64,000 nucleotides of DNA from Phyllosticta citribraziliensis (GCF_038025025.1 NW_027117341.1:1302001-1366000); one strand, 5' to 3'. Counted from the first letter of the stretch, positions 36,700 to 50,438 are shown. Translations and numbers: made by a program. The notes: generated from the letters alone by a model not told the origin.

Positions 36700-39600
36700 T
36701 ACCCGCGACCATTCATTCACTTCGATACGGAGCTGCCGAATCGAATACGCCCTCTCCCTTTCCAGGATTCGCATCATGGTGGAGCCTCTAACCCACAACG
36801 GCCCCCATGCCCCGACCCCCCCGCCACACCCAGCAGCCAACCGTCGCCCTCTCACCGGCCTCGTCTAACCCCCCGGAGAATTGCTCTGACGGTCAGATCG
36901 TGCTGACCATGCTGCCGCAAAGGAATTCCAGAGTCGAGCCCTGCCTGCACCCATTCCAAGTCCAAAAGAGGAAAAGTCGGTGGCGCGCTGCTTCTCCCAG
37001 CGAAGAGACTTTGTGACAGGTAACGGTCGTCACCATGTTTTTTCCTTCTTGTCATTTCCAATGCCCGTCACGCTCCCTCCAATGATTTGTTCTCTCTCTC
37101 TCTCTCTTCCTTCCTTCTTCTCCCTTTTGGCCTCGGCTTTCCAAAATTACCCACCTACGTTGCCCTTGGCGCCATCCCCTCGACCCCTCCAATATCGTCG
37201 AAGCCAATACCTCATCGACGAGACCGGTCCAACTCTTTCTTGCCTTCTGGCTTTTCTCTGGCTGGCGTAGGCGTGACTTGCTCCAACGCGGCAGCCGGGC
37301 CGCAAGGAAGCGCGCGGCCGTACAACACAGGCAGGCCGGGCTTGGCTGGTCACCGATACAGTGCTGACAATGCCAGCGGCTTTCATGCGCAGCCAATACT
37401 TTCCCTGCGCGGATCACTCTGGCCAGGATGACATGCAGCTCCGCAGATTTGCTTGCATTGGGGTTGGTTATTGTTAGGAGCGGCGGGCCATGAAACATGC
37501 GGGCGCCCGGTCGCCAAAGGATTCGAACGTTCCTGCGTGCGAGATTTGAATTGAACCGCGATGGCGATCAGGTGGGTCCTCCGCGCTTCGCAAGGAATGC
37601 AAGCATGCGTGCGTGGGCTAGAGACAGTGGCAGAGGTGCCTCCCAGCTGTGCCTTGGCCCCGGGGCCGTGAATTCCTCCCTGGCTTCGGCGACGTAGATA
37701 GACCGATTTGGGCCACACCCGCTGCTGCAGCTTGCCCGGGCCAATGCTACCGTGGTGGTGCTAGGGAATAGAAAATGGTCTGAGCAGTCTGAGCCTGGTC
37801 AAGAACAAATCTCTTTGGGGCTGACCATGATCCAGCGTCCAGCCTGCCTGGGTACATATTTTCTGCTTTTGGCCAATCCACCGCTCCACCCCAGTTAGCC
37901 CTACCACTGTTGTATCCATCCACAGCCGTGTACGTTTCCTTCAGGACTGCGCTGTAGGCCGAGAGCGAGGGAGAAGAAGAAGAAAAAATTCTTTTTGTCC
38001 GATCACCAGCACTGGTCTGTGGCCTTGGATTTCTTGCTGGTACTCTTCATCTCCCATCATCGCAAACGAATCTCAAGCTTCCTCTGTTTGTTTTATTTTT
38101 GCTTCTCAATCTTGCTCTTCAATTTCTGCCTCACGAGGTACCCGAGGCAGTTCCCTCGTCCCATATATCACGGGGCTCGACCAAGCCGCGACGGCCGTCA
38201 CACAAACGGCTCCCCCCGACGCACCTCTTTTCGAGGTATATCAGCGCCATTCCAACTTTTTTTTTCTCTCCGAGGCTTCGAGTCCAGCAACCCCTCATCA
38301 TTATCATCACCGACACCATCAAAGGTGGGAATTTGGCAGGTATGTACGGCATCGACGGCGGTCAATGGCAGGCGGACAGCCATCGACCTTGGTCCCTCAC
38401 AAGTTGCAGATGACACTGACAGTGGCACGTCCAGTCTAGGACAGACGACGGATCGAACGAGGTCGAAGCCATCCCTGACGCCACTCAATTTTTGGCTGCA
38501 GGTCAAGAACCTGGTACGTTGAGCCTCGAAGCGGGTACAGTAGCAAACAGGCTGACGCGCAACAGGTGAGATCTGATCTCACCGCTGTTGCAAGAGGGCA
38601 AGGAAATCGGGGTGTGGCCAATCGCTCAGCAAGAGGTTGACGCCGGGTCGGGTGCCCTTGAGGGAGGAAAAAGAAAAAGCGAGAGCAGCAAGTCCACCAA
38701 AGGAGTCGACGGCAAGTGGATCACCGTCCTGTGATCTCGAGGCCCGTTTCGTCCGGATTGACCAGACCACACCATACCACGCCGCATCGCATCGCATCGC
38801 ATTGCCGATTCTTTTTCTCTCAGACGCCCTCGCAGCCAAAAGCAACATAACCCGCCGGCCTCCTGTTCTTTTTCCTACTGCTGTCGAGTCGAGAGATCGC
38901 TACAGGCCAACGCACCCGCGGGCCACCAACTGACGTCTGCTCTGCTCCGCTCCCGTCAAGTCAACCAAACGCAACGTCGAGCATCGCATCGCAGGGCATC
39001 GCACCCAGGGCATCGACGCGCTCGGGCCAAGATCCTCCGGTCCGCACCTGCCACTCTTCCGCTCTTCTCCAGTCCAGTCTCCACACACGAAACTCCCCAA
39101 GTCACTCCGCCGCTCCCAAACAACCCGACGACAGGACAACACGCCTCGGTGACTGAACCACACACACAACCAACTCCTCGCGCGCTTCACCACCACAACA
39201 ACAGGATCCAACGCGATTGGAAAATACGCAGAGCAGCCGCGGGCTACATGTGCGCAGCTGTCATAATGAATCAAGGTCAGTCCAAAGCCCGTTTCTCGGT
39301 CCGTTCCGTTCCTGGCGCGCCGCAAGCTGCACTCACTGGTCGTCTTTTGCGCGCGCCAATGGGCGCTGTATTTATGGTTTCAGCTCGTCGAGCGCGCTCT
39401 GATACTCTTCCCCCTCTGCCCGGCTCGCCATTGGCACCCGACTAGACAGCGACCGTGTAACGGCAGGCTGGACGTCGTCGCCTCTCTGTTTTCGTCCCAC
39501 GTCCTGCTTGACAAGCGCGGTTTTGGAGTGATTGGCTGACAGACTCGACCAGCAGTGATTCAACCCATCCAGGGGACGCTGTACCCTCTCTCCTCGGACC

Positions 39601-39731
39601 AAGAATGCATCGACCATGCAAATCATCCCTCCTATGCAGGAGGAGGTGGTGGTGGAGGAGGGGTGGCGGACCCGCTTCGGCGTGACGAAGCGCTGGGCCA
39701 GTCAGATACGGGCTTACTTCCAAGTCGTTAC

Positions 39732-42078
39732 ATGCCACACCGTTCCGCCCCGGCACATGATGGGCAGTAAGTGATTGTTTTCATTGGAGCTCAACATCCC
39801 ACGCCCTCTTCCTTGTTCCGCAACACTGCTTGGCCCCCAGTCTCATTTCCGGCCTTGCTCGTCACTGGCTGCCTCCCCTCTCCGAGGGGTCGCTGCCCGT
39901 GGCCTTGAGGATGCCTCCCATCTTCAGGCGCCCGAACAAACACGTCGTCATGCCTAGCATCATTCTCGTCGCACCTGTCCCATACACTCGGTAGACTGGC
40001 CCTCCCAGCAGCGTGGTTGTCACATTGATCACACGACAACCCTGGGCCGTGTCATCCTTTGGCTGCTGTTAAGACTGTTAACTAAAAGTGTGCCACCTCT
40101 CTGTGGTTACACATCTCAGCCTTCCCACACTTTATGTCCATGGTCGCTATCGTTTGCGTGTAATCTACAAGATGGCTGACTGCGAATGGTTCATGTAGAT
40201 TTCGGACAGGGTCTGGCATCTCCGACTCCAGCTCAGGCTCCATCTCCACCAGCCCGAGATCCACCGCCTCGTCTCTCTACTCGCACGGCACCTTCTCCCC
40301 CAACATCTACCAACAGCCGTCGCTCTCCCAATTCACAAACCCTTCCACCAGCCAACTGGGCTTCCACTCGTCAACCTTCCCACAGCCGCCCTTTGGAATG
40401 TCCAGCATCCCGCAGGGTCGCCGCATGTCGTCCATGTACGTTTTGATTTTCCCTCCCGTCCGTGGCCCCGTAACTGGCAGCCGCAAACACCAGATCAAAG
40501 CCGGGTGACAGCTGACAGATGAATCGCAGACCCGATCATTCACAATCAGGAATGTTACCTCCGACACGATCACCGGGAATGGGCAATCCAGTGTCACCAT
40601 CCATGAGTGCGACCGCGCGGGAAAACTATACGACATCAACACCACACTTGAACCGCCACATCACGTCTCCTCGCCATTCAGAGTCTGGTCCGACCAGAGG
40701 TTCATATACCTCGATGCCGGAGACGCCCAGGAGCGTCCTGCATCCTGGCGGCGCGCTCCCCCTCACATCTCCCAGCTCGATTGCGTACAGCAGCACTGGA
40801 GCAAGTATGCTTCCTTATCAGACTCATCACGAAGCGCGGCCGTCAACCGAATCCCCCCCTTTTTCCGCTCAAGAGACATTCCACGACATCATCAGTGATG
40901 GCCAGTCCATCACCCCTCAACTCGACTGCAAGATCGAGAAGGGCTTCTTCTATTCGAGCGACCAGACCTGGACTTGCTACCGCAGAAACTACTTCGCCGT
41001 ACAGTGCTCTTACACGCTCAATCCGCACATATCCAACGCCCGGCTCTACCTGAACAGGGGCTCCAGACAAGAGCAAATCCAAGCCTTGGCTGTGACTCTT
41101 TCAGCCGCAGTGGATGGCCCCACCGGCAAGCCCATTGAATTGGTTCAGCACACGCCGAAGCGAGACAAGGGTCCTCAGAACCCGATCAAGATGGAAAAGA
41201 TCAATCCTGTGCCTCCAGGAAAGACGCAGAGCGACCCGCATGGCTACTCTCTCAACTTTTCCCACACTGCAGCTTCCATTGCACCGCCGTATTTGCCACT
41301 CCAGCAAGACGGCGAACAGCCCTACTCACCAGCTGGACACTCGACTAGCAATTACCAACATTTGTTCGAGCGCATCCAATTCAAGTCTGCAACAGCAAAC
41401 AACGGCAAGCGAAGAGCCCAGCAGCAATACTACCATCTCATCGTGGAACTCTACGCCGACGTTCGCCGCACAGCCGACGAGGCGCCAGACTGGGTCCGCG
41501 TAGCACAGCGTGTTTCTGCTGCCGTGGTCGTTCGTGGAAGATCTCCAAGCCACTACCAAAACGAAGGCCCCCACAGTGCGGGAGCTTCTCGTGGCGGAGG
41601 CACTGGCAGTGGAGCCGGTGGTCCTGGCCATGGCGCTTATGGCAGCGCCGGCGGTCCTGCAAGGGGCAGTCTTGGGGGCGCTGGCATGGGCTTGTTGGGC
41701 AGCAGTGGACTCAGCGGGCAGGTCTACGGCCGTGGTAACCAGTACTCGCTGGACCCCAGCCCCATTGGCAACCACTCCGTCAGCTCGGCCAGCTCGGTCA
41801 GCGGTGGCCCGATTGAGGGGCTGGTGAGTGAAGGAAACATGATGGAGGATGAAGACAGGAAACACATTGACTCGTACCAGGGCTACCAGTACTATCCGGG
41901 TCCAATGGCCGAAGCTGGCCTTCCACTTGGCGTCAAATCGGACTACGACTCAAAAGCCCGAGTCAAGATGGAGTACGACAACAGCATACCCTCGACCATC
42001 GCCGGTGGATGTCGAACATTTCAGGGATTCAGCACGAGCCGGGGACTGTACCCAGACATGAGCGCAACCGGCTATTGA
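39732..42078 (+). CDS. NDT80: NDT80/PhoG-family transcription factor, NdtA/FSD-1 type, ~606 aa (5' end uncertain)
   Basis: Exons 39732-39766, 40199-40435 and 40530-42078 join in phase. DNA-binding motifs are KIEKGFF, WTCYRRNYF, ELVQHTPKRDKGPQ, FERIQFKSATANNGKRRAQQQYYHLIVEL and VVVRGRSPSHY. Confidence 0.92.
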
Positions 42079-44085
42079 GCCAGTTCTCCAACGTCATTCT
42101 TCAAAAATCTCACGCGACAGTCCAGTAACGGCCGATTACATTTCCTTTCAAGAGCTCTCAATTCACCACGACACAGCATCATACCCTCACCCGTAGCATA
42201 ATATCCACCCGCCCTTCATGCGTTCTCTCAGCCGCTCCACCACAGGCTCCTTCTCAGGAACACGTTGTTGGCATTGCCGGCGTTTCGGTGTCACGGGCTG
42301 GCTCTCCACGGAAGCAGCCAGGAACGAAAATGGAATGTGTCTTTGACGACACGACGATATCATGGGATCACTCCGGAGAAGGCTCAGCGGCGTACACATG
42401 GACGCTCATTCGGTTCACTTTGCGAAAGGCTCTGACGCCTTCAAAGGATCTGCTGCCTACCAAGCATGGAACCTTGAGGTCATCGCCTTTAATACTTTCA
42501 TTACCCTCTGCTTTTTCCTGCAATGTTTAGTCCCTCTCCTTGCTTTGAACGACCGACTCCATGAGTCTCTGACGTTACGATGTCACGACGTGCACGCAGT
42601 GCTGCGCCTGCATTTGAAACCTCACCAGCCTCTGGCAGAGACTTTTTTCTTTTTTTTCCTTTTCAACTTCAGCTTCCGACTATACCAAAGAACTCAACTC
42701 CTGCTCGGGCCTCTTCTCTACACCATCCTCCCGGGCTCACAGAGGGCAGCTCACGTACGGCTTCCTTGGCAAATGGCCAGGTAATCGATTGGCAGGCGTA
42801 ACGGATTGACAGTGATTCAAAAAAACATGGGCGAGGGGAAACCAATGGGACAGGAACCGGACGGATGGGAAACCGGGATATGGGAAACGAGCAGAACGAA
42901 TGAATGGAACGGACTACGAAGGACTGGATCAAAAGGTCCAGCGACGGCTTGCAGGGAAGGAACAAGTGATTTCTGTTCCTTTCTTCCTTTTTTCATTGCC
43001 CGGCGCAGACTGGCTCCGTGTCGGGGGAGTTTCTTAGTGTCACGTAAACAAATTCCTCAACGATTCTTGTCTCTCTAAATTTGTCTTTCCCACACTTTGT
43101 CCTCGATTCGCTCTTCTCTCTGATGCGTCTTGTTGGAGATTGAGGGAGGGAGACGGAAAACCAAGCTAGGCTTGCCGCCGCCACGTCAGCCGGCAGGTAG
43201 GCAGGCTGGGCAAAAAGAAAACTGCTCCAGCAGCACCTCAGGCTCTCTTGCATCGGCCTTGCTTGGTCCGGAACAAAGCATGGATGTATCATGAGGCTGG
43301 GCTGTCTCTACTTACTACGCAACATTGCTTGGAACGCAGCGCATGTCTTGCTTGACCGCCTGCCTGCAACATTTACCTACTACTTGTGCTTTTTCCGTCT
43401 CGCGTTCCTTTTCTCTGATGCGAACGAACCGCACTGTTGGAATCGCTCGGTGAGCGCTGCGGCACCTGACAGCAGCAGGTTGCGATTCGAGTTCGACCGC
43501 CGCGAACCAAGAATATGCAGCAAGGCAGGCCAGGCGGGCTGGCAAACCAACTGACGCCAGACAGATAGACAGACAGACAGACGATCGGACAGGCCACCCT
43601 GCGTGGTCCGATTTGCCCGCCCATCAGCCAAGTCTGGCACCTCATTGTCAGATCAGCCTGTTGGCCAGACATTCCTAAAGTCCAGTCGGACTCTGAGGGC
43701 AGCATCATCATCGTCTGTCCGCCTGCTTGTTTTTTTCTCTGGTCTGGTCTGGCCTCGTTCACACCCACCTCGACGCATCCGCCGTCTCCCCTGGACCGGT
43801 CTGGCACACAAACTGCACAATACGTCCCCATGTCAATTCGATCTCGGTCGGCTTCTGTAGCCTCCTCGTTGATTCGACGACGACGACGACTACGACGACG
43901 ACTACGACGACGATGACGATGATGATGACCCCACAACGCAAGCCGGCCCTAGTCTTCGCCTGTGCCATCGCCATGAGGCTGGCCGTCGCCCAGCCCAGGC
44001 GCCTCATCCTCTCCCACCACACCGTTTCCGTGCGGCCATGGGCGGCGCTGGCTTCTCCCTCTCCTCATTTTCCTCCTCGCTGAGT

Positions 44086-44867
44086 GTATGTACGTATTAG
44101 TGCGCTGCATTGCTGCACCGCCAGCCTCCTCTTGTTTGCTTCACCCAGCCGGACAGCCAGCCACCGCCGTCTTGTTCGCCGGTCAACGCAGGTGCTGCTG
44201 TGCAACACACCACAACGACAAAACCTCGGAGGGGTCAGCCAAGGCCCAGCCAGCATAGGTGTCCAATCACATCAAACCAACCAACCACCCACCCATCCAA
44301 AAACCGCCTTCACCACCACGGTGGTGGATTAGCAGCTCGCATGTGCGTATGCACGTAGGGAGATAGATATGTACGTATGTGTATATGTAAGTATGCACGC
44401 AGATCGCAGCCCATCACAGGCCGGCGATTCGGGCGCCCCTGGTCTGGTCTGGTCCGGTCTGTTATGGGTCGCGTTCGGCCACTTCTCTTCTGCTCTGGCC
44501 AAGGAAGCAGCCGGCAACCAACTCGAGCTCTTTCCCAGTACCGTAGTTGAGCATATGTATCCGTATGTACGTACCGGCGACAGACATACAGACATACATT
44601 TACGAGCTGCCATGTATGTATGTAGTCGTCGTCCTTGATTTCCCCCGACCGCCTTCTCACACAATGACCATGCGCGGACCGTCCGCCTTCTCGACCCAGG
44701 AACCCAAACAGACAGAGGGCGCGGAGATGAATTTTGTTGTTTCATGTTTGCTGCTAATCCTGCTGCTGCTGCTGCTGCGCCCACAATTACCCCTTCCTTC
44801 CTTCCTTGGCTTCTCCCTCACTTGATTTTCTGCCTTCGCTTTCGTATTGTGTGTGTTTCTCTTTCAG
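44086..44867 (+). ncRNA. Putative ~780-nt structured intron
   Basis: GTATGT is at 44086. Pairs are 44332-39/44603-10 and 44371-79/44562-70. GCTAAT near 44753 is followed by an AG-free pyrimidine-rich tract up to the CAG at 44867. Confidence 0.35.
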
Positions 44868-47203
44868 CCCGGCCGATGCGCTTGCCTGCCTGCCTGCCTG
44901 CCTATCTGTCTGTCTACCGCAACCCCCTTCCTTCGCTCTCGGGTTTCTCGCAGTCTGGAGTGGTCGCTCTGTCGTCTTGCTTGCTTACTCGCCTTGCCTT
45001 GCCTTGCTGATCTTGTTTGTTGTTGTTCGCCGCGACCGCTCGGCCCACCAGCCAGCCGCCTCGTCTCTCACCCGCATTCCCCAAAATTTGGGAGTCCTGC
45101 CTGTCCGTCAGCCTCTTCACTTGCCCCCTTTCTTTCGCCTTTGAGCGCGAAGAGAAGAAATTTCAGATAGGGAAACATTGCGAGGTAAACAGTACCAGCA
45201 CACCCCGAAAGAAAACAAAATTTTTGGCAGACGATAGCAAACAGCTCCACCGTATCTTGCCCACCAATAAACAGGCATCCAACATGCGCAAGCAACTCTA
45301 CCCCATTCACAGTCAGTCAATGCATTCATTCATCCATTCGCTTCAGGAAGGCGCCCATCTACGCCCGCACGTCCAAAAAAGGTTCGGGCCGGCCCTTCTG
45401 GCTCGCGCGCTGGCCCGCCCGCTAGTAGTGAGGCCGCCGCGCTAGGCTGTCAGCCCAGCCCAACCCGTCCGCCTCATCATCGTCATCCGCCCCCAGCCGC
45501 TCGCCATGGTCGCTGTACGTACTTTTTGCTTTCTTGGTTGCGGGCGAGGCTGCTTTATTCGCGGAATGGTGTTGTGTTTGTCTGTCTGCCTGTTGGTCGG
45601 CCTCGATGGATAGATCGATGGACAGCGAGTCAGGCCACTATGTGCGCGTAGCAGGACGTGCTTCTTGCGCCGTGTACGGCTTTCAATCTGTGCGCTTCGG
45701 TGAGTCAGAGCGCGTCAAAGGCACATGGCTACCCAACCAGATGCTGCTGGGCGTGATGTGAGGGAGGAAGGGTTGTTAGGCATTGGAGGACGGGTGGGCA
45801 GTGACGGAGAAGCCTCCGGTTTGCTTCGACATTTGGGGGCTCGTTAGGTCTGTATGATTTGTGTCGTTTCTTTTTCTCTGGCGCTATTCCGGCCTGTGGG
45901 GTGTTTTAGGGGCAAGAGGGTGAGTCCTTTGTTAGCTGATTTTTCACTCTGATTTTTGTCTTCTTCTTGGTCTCTTCTTTTGCCCATATTCCATCCTCTC
46001 TGCCCTCCATTTTTCTCTGGATTTCCCGGAAATACCTTCATCGTAATCCAGATGCCAAGTAGCCTGGAACGAAGCATCTCTTTTTCGACACGTCGCTACA
46101 AAAGCATCCGTGCCAGCTCAATCAGATGACTGCATACAAGAAGTTCCTATTTGGCCCATAAAGCTCGAGGCATGACTTCTACGGGCAACGGACGCTAGTT
46201 GTCCACGTGCAAAGATACTCCTATTCCCCCCTTACTCTGCCAAAAGACGACAGAAAGCTGCCCGTCCCTTACTTCGATCCCTCGCGCTGACGATCAGTTC
46301 GATCTAATGGGCAATTCATATGCGTGTCTCGCCAATGTCTCTCTCTATGTATGTCTAGGCCACGCATGTGCGCGCCCACCAAGCCGTTCTTGTCCACCGC
46401 ATCGCTCCGATCCCTCGTCCGCGCAGACCAAGTCATTGCGGAGTCCCGACTGACGGGCTCTCCCGATCGTGCGTGGTCCGAGGAGCAATTATGTGCGTAC
46501 GCACTAGTGTTCCAAGTCATGTGGGTGCAAAATAGACGTCCATTTAGTGAGGCCAGCAGCGCCGCATGAAGCAAGGAGGACTCCCTCTAGAACAGACACT
46601 CGGAGCACCTGGATCAGGGACGAAGTATGGATGCGTGTGTCAGCTGTCGGCGCAAAGCAGGAGCTGGTCTGTGGCGGCCACTTGTTTCTACTGTCGTATG
46701 GGCGACGCACAGTGCACACTGGTCGATTGCCTGAGGCGCAAAAGGAAGCAGAGTACCGAAACGGCGCTGGTGGCCGTGCCGCGCCGTACCGTGCAGGTGG
46801 CCAGACGAAACGGTGCGGTGCGGGCCGTGAAGTAGGCTGGCTCTTGTGGCGCATCGGTCTCTTGTGTCAAGTTGAGGGGGAGGAGGCCGTGGGCAAAAAG
46901 TCTGACAAGTGGCCTTACATGACGGCGTTCAAGACCAGTTTGGCTGGCGGGCTACACTTGAAAACTAAGTCTTTCTGTTGGGAGTGAGGATCCCCATGCA
47001 CTTCTGGATGAGTGCCATCTTGATGACTAACGATGGCTTCGCGCAAGCGCTCCTGTTCCGACATTCGTTGACGCTCATCTGCAAACCGTCGTCGGCCTGT
47101 CCGTCAGTGAAGCAGCCACTGATTGCATGACGAGACAACAGGAAAAAGAAACTCAGAGTGGCCAGCTCTGGTTGTCAACTGACCACCTGCCGCCTGCAAA
47201 TCG

Positions 47204-47204
<1 letters not shown>

Positions 47205-47237
<33 letters not shown>
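47205..47237. repeat. (CAG)11 microsatellite, intergenic
   Basis: Read directly from the sequence. Confidence 0.9.
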
Positions 47238-47239
<2 letters not shown>

Positions 47240-48993
47240 TCGGCCAGGTCGGCTCAAACAGAGCCCCAATGCAGTTCGACTGACAATCACACCTCCCTCA
47301 ACGATCGACGGGCGTCTACAATTCAGCAGGTGGTTACTCCACGCACCCCCAAAACACCGCCGCGAGCATGCCACTGACGTTGGTGCCGTCGCCCTATCCA
47401 AACGGCCACCACGATGATCTGCCACGCGCGGAATGGCCGGTTGGGTAGTGCCCGTTTTCTCGCTCTCCGGCGGTCTCAGCTCGGTCGGGGACGTGTGGCT
47501 GGCTGAGTGACGGACGATCGATCATGCAACCTACCCGCTCGCTGCCGAAGCGCTGTCGGTGGTGGTGGTAATAGTGTGGGAACCAGATTTCAAATGCTCC
47601 CCGTCATTCTCCATAGGGTGGAGTGGGAGATTTGATGGTTGGTTTCGTTGACCAATCGTTTGCGAGAACTGGGCCTGAGGGCACCGAATGTTCGATTGAC
47701 TGAGGGCTACGCGGCGGCGAGGATGCTCGATGATCGCTGGAGCAACAGCGTAGGATACAGTCGACTAGATTGCCTGGGTTGCTGGTCGAGAGCCCAAGAG
47801 ACGTCGAGCCGTGTTGAAGTCGTTGCTGTGAACATCCTGCTCTTCGTTCTAACATTTCCCGTGTAACGAACAATCGAACTCGCTCACAGCTTCTACGGCC
47901 AAACCCTCTCTGCCCCTGACTAAATGCACGCTCCCAAGCGGAAGGCCTCAATCCGCACCGCCTGACCCCGCTCCAAGGCATATAGCAAAGACCATAATTC
48001 CGGTGACCTTACCTCCTCTTCCGGCATTGCTCGTCGCGCGCATCAACCGACTGAAAATAGCACAAAAGCAATATCAGAGACTTGACGGGATCCCCGCATT
48101 CCTGCCCGTCTTCTCCCATATGTAAGCCTGCAGTCGACTGCGAGAAGGGATCAGGGGTTGGCAAGGCGGGGGCAAGTAGGCAGGCAGGGGGAGAGAAGGA
48201 TTCAGGAGGATGAAAGAGAGGGAAAAAAGAAAAGTCGGGGACCCCACAGCCATCACCCACTGTCCGCACAGTGACGAGACACATACGTGTGGCGTGCGTA
48301 TGATGCGGAGAGCAAACATCTCCCTGGCACCTTTGGACTGTGCCGCCACCGCCTCCTCCATGCAGCACAACTCCCTAGATGAAAAGGCGGTGTGTTACGG
48401 CGAGCGAAAGGGAAGCAGCAATGTGCCTTGCAGCGCGTGCATATGACATCAAAGAGCCATGTCGAGTCCAGACGTCGCTGCGTCCTTTCATGTGCGAGAG
48501 TGGAGTTCTGTCGGTTGCGTAAGCGCGCGCCAGGCCAAGACAAAGTAGATTGCCGGGTGGAGAAGTGGCTGCTCGGTTACGTGAGATGGCGCAAGGCGCG
48601 CAGAACAACGACAGGGCAGACGTAACCGCTCTCCGCTCGCCGGAGAGAGTTGTGGTCATGACGGGCACTTTGAGTCTCGGGATTATCAATGTTTGGTGGT
48701 GAGTGGGGGACAGAAAGCCCCTGCGAAAACTGAAATTGAGAACCACTGCGGTCAGTCTAGGTTGAGCAGACTTGGAGAACAAGACTCTGGCCATCCATCT
48801 TCACCTTCGCTCTAATCGCCCATCATGTTCTGCGACTCATCTAGATGCGCGCAGACAAAAGAAACTGGAAAAAAAGGCAGACACCTTCTGTTGAATAAGC
48901 AAGCGTCTAGCCCAATGCCCCCAAACGCCCAACGACCTGTTGATTGCCAAAACCACTTGGCTATTTGCTGCTCTTTCAGGTGGGAATCTCGTC

Positions 48994-50406
48994 TCAATGC
49001 GCTCCGTTAACTCCATTGCTCTTCGACTGCTTCACCAGCCATGTCAACAGATCCACCTTGGTCACGACGGCAACCGGCTTCAGCTGGTCAGCGTCGTCTT
49101 TCTCCGTCACCACGGCAGCGCTGTTCCACTCGAAGAAGCGGCTCAACGCTGACAGCGGCGTGTCGCGCGTAATCTCGACAAACTCCTTGCGGCGCTTGCC
49201 CTTATCCTTGTCTTCAGCGAGGACGAGGTTGTCCTTGCCCTTGAGGGTCAAGTCGTTGGGGTCGCTGACCACCTCGGAAAGCTTGCGGAAGTCAAACATG
49301 ACGTCCGACACGGGCGACGTCGGCGTTGCGCGGCCGGAAGAGATGTACGAGAGCAGGTTGCCCAAGGTCACAAGACCTACCAGGCGGAAGTTCTTGGACG
49401 AGGACACGGGCAACTGGTCGAAACCCTTGTCACGCATAGTCTCAATGGCTTCAGCACATGGAGAGCTGGAGCTGACGGTCGCGACGGGCTTGAGACGCAG
49501 GGTGCCGACGGTGGCGCCCTGGTAGGGGTCCTTGACGTTGGTGGTGAGACCGGCGAGCTTGGATTCCACGGGCTCAGGCGGCGTAGGAGGGAGCAAGTCA
49601 TTGGCGGCAAGCCAATCGTCGTCGGCAAACTAAACATGTTGTCAGAAGAAGCCAGACAAAGGAGTGCCGCTTTGCGTACCTTGCTCAAATAGCTGCGGAT
49701 GCTGTCGGGAAGGACCACGACAACCACGTCATCCTTGCCCAGTCCAAGGTCCTTCACAGCCTTGACCATTGCAGCCATAGCACTTCCACTGCTGCCGCCG
49801 CAAAGAATGCCCTCTTCTGCGATCAGGCGGCGGGCGTACAGGAAAGACTCCCTGTCATCCGTCTTATACCAAGTGTCGACGGACGTTTGGTCCAGCACGT
49901 CGGGGATGAAGTCGTAACCAATACCCTCGACCTTGTAGGGCTCGTTCTTGTGATCCTCGTTCAACGACTGAGGCACGGCAAGAATACTTCCGTGCGGATC
50001 AGCCGCGACAATCTTGACGTCCTGCTTGTGTTTTCTCAGGCCCCTTGCGATTCCCGTTATAGTGCCTCCAGTTCCGGCACCGGCCACCAATGCCGTGACC
50101 TTCCCGTGAGTCTGCTCCCAAATCTCTTCGGCAGTGCCATATTCGTGAGCCAGCGGGTTGTTCGGGTTGCCGTACTGGTCCAAGATGTGGGCGTTTGGCA
50201 GCTCCTTTTCCAGCCGCCTCGCAACGCCAATGTGGCTCTCCGGGCTGTCGTACGCGGCAGCCGTGGGCGTCCTGATGATTTCAGCGCCCAGGGCGCGCAG
50301 CACGGCCACCTTTTCGGCGCTCATCTTCTCCGGTAGGGTGATGATTGTGCGGTATCCCTTGACGGCGCCAACGAGCGCGAGTCCAATGCCCGTGTTGCCA
50401 CTCGTG

Positions 50407-50438
<32 letters not shown>

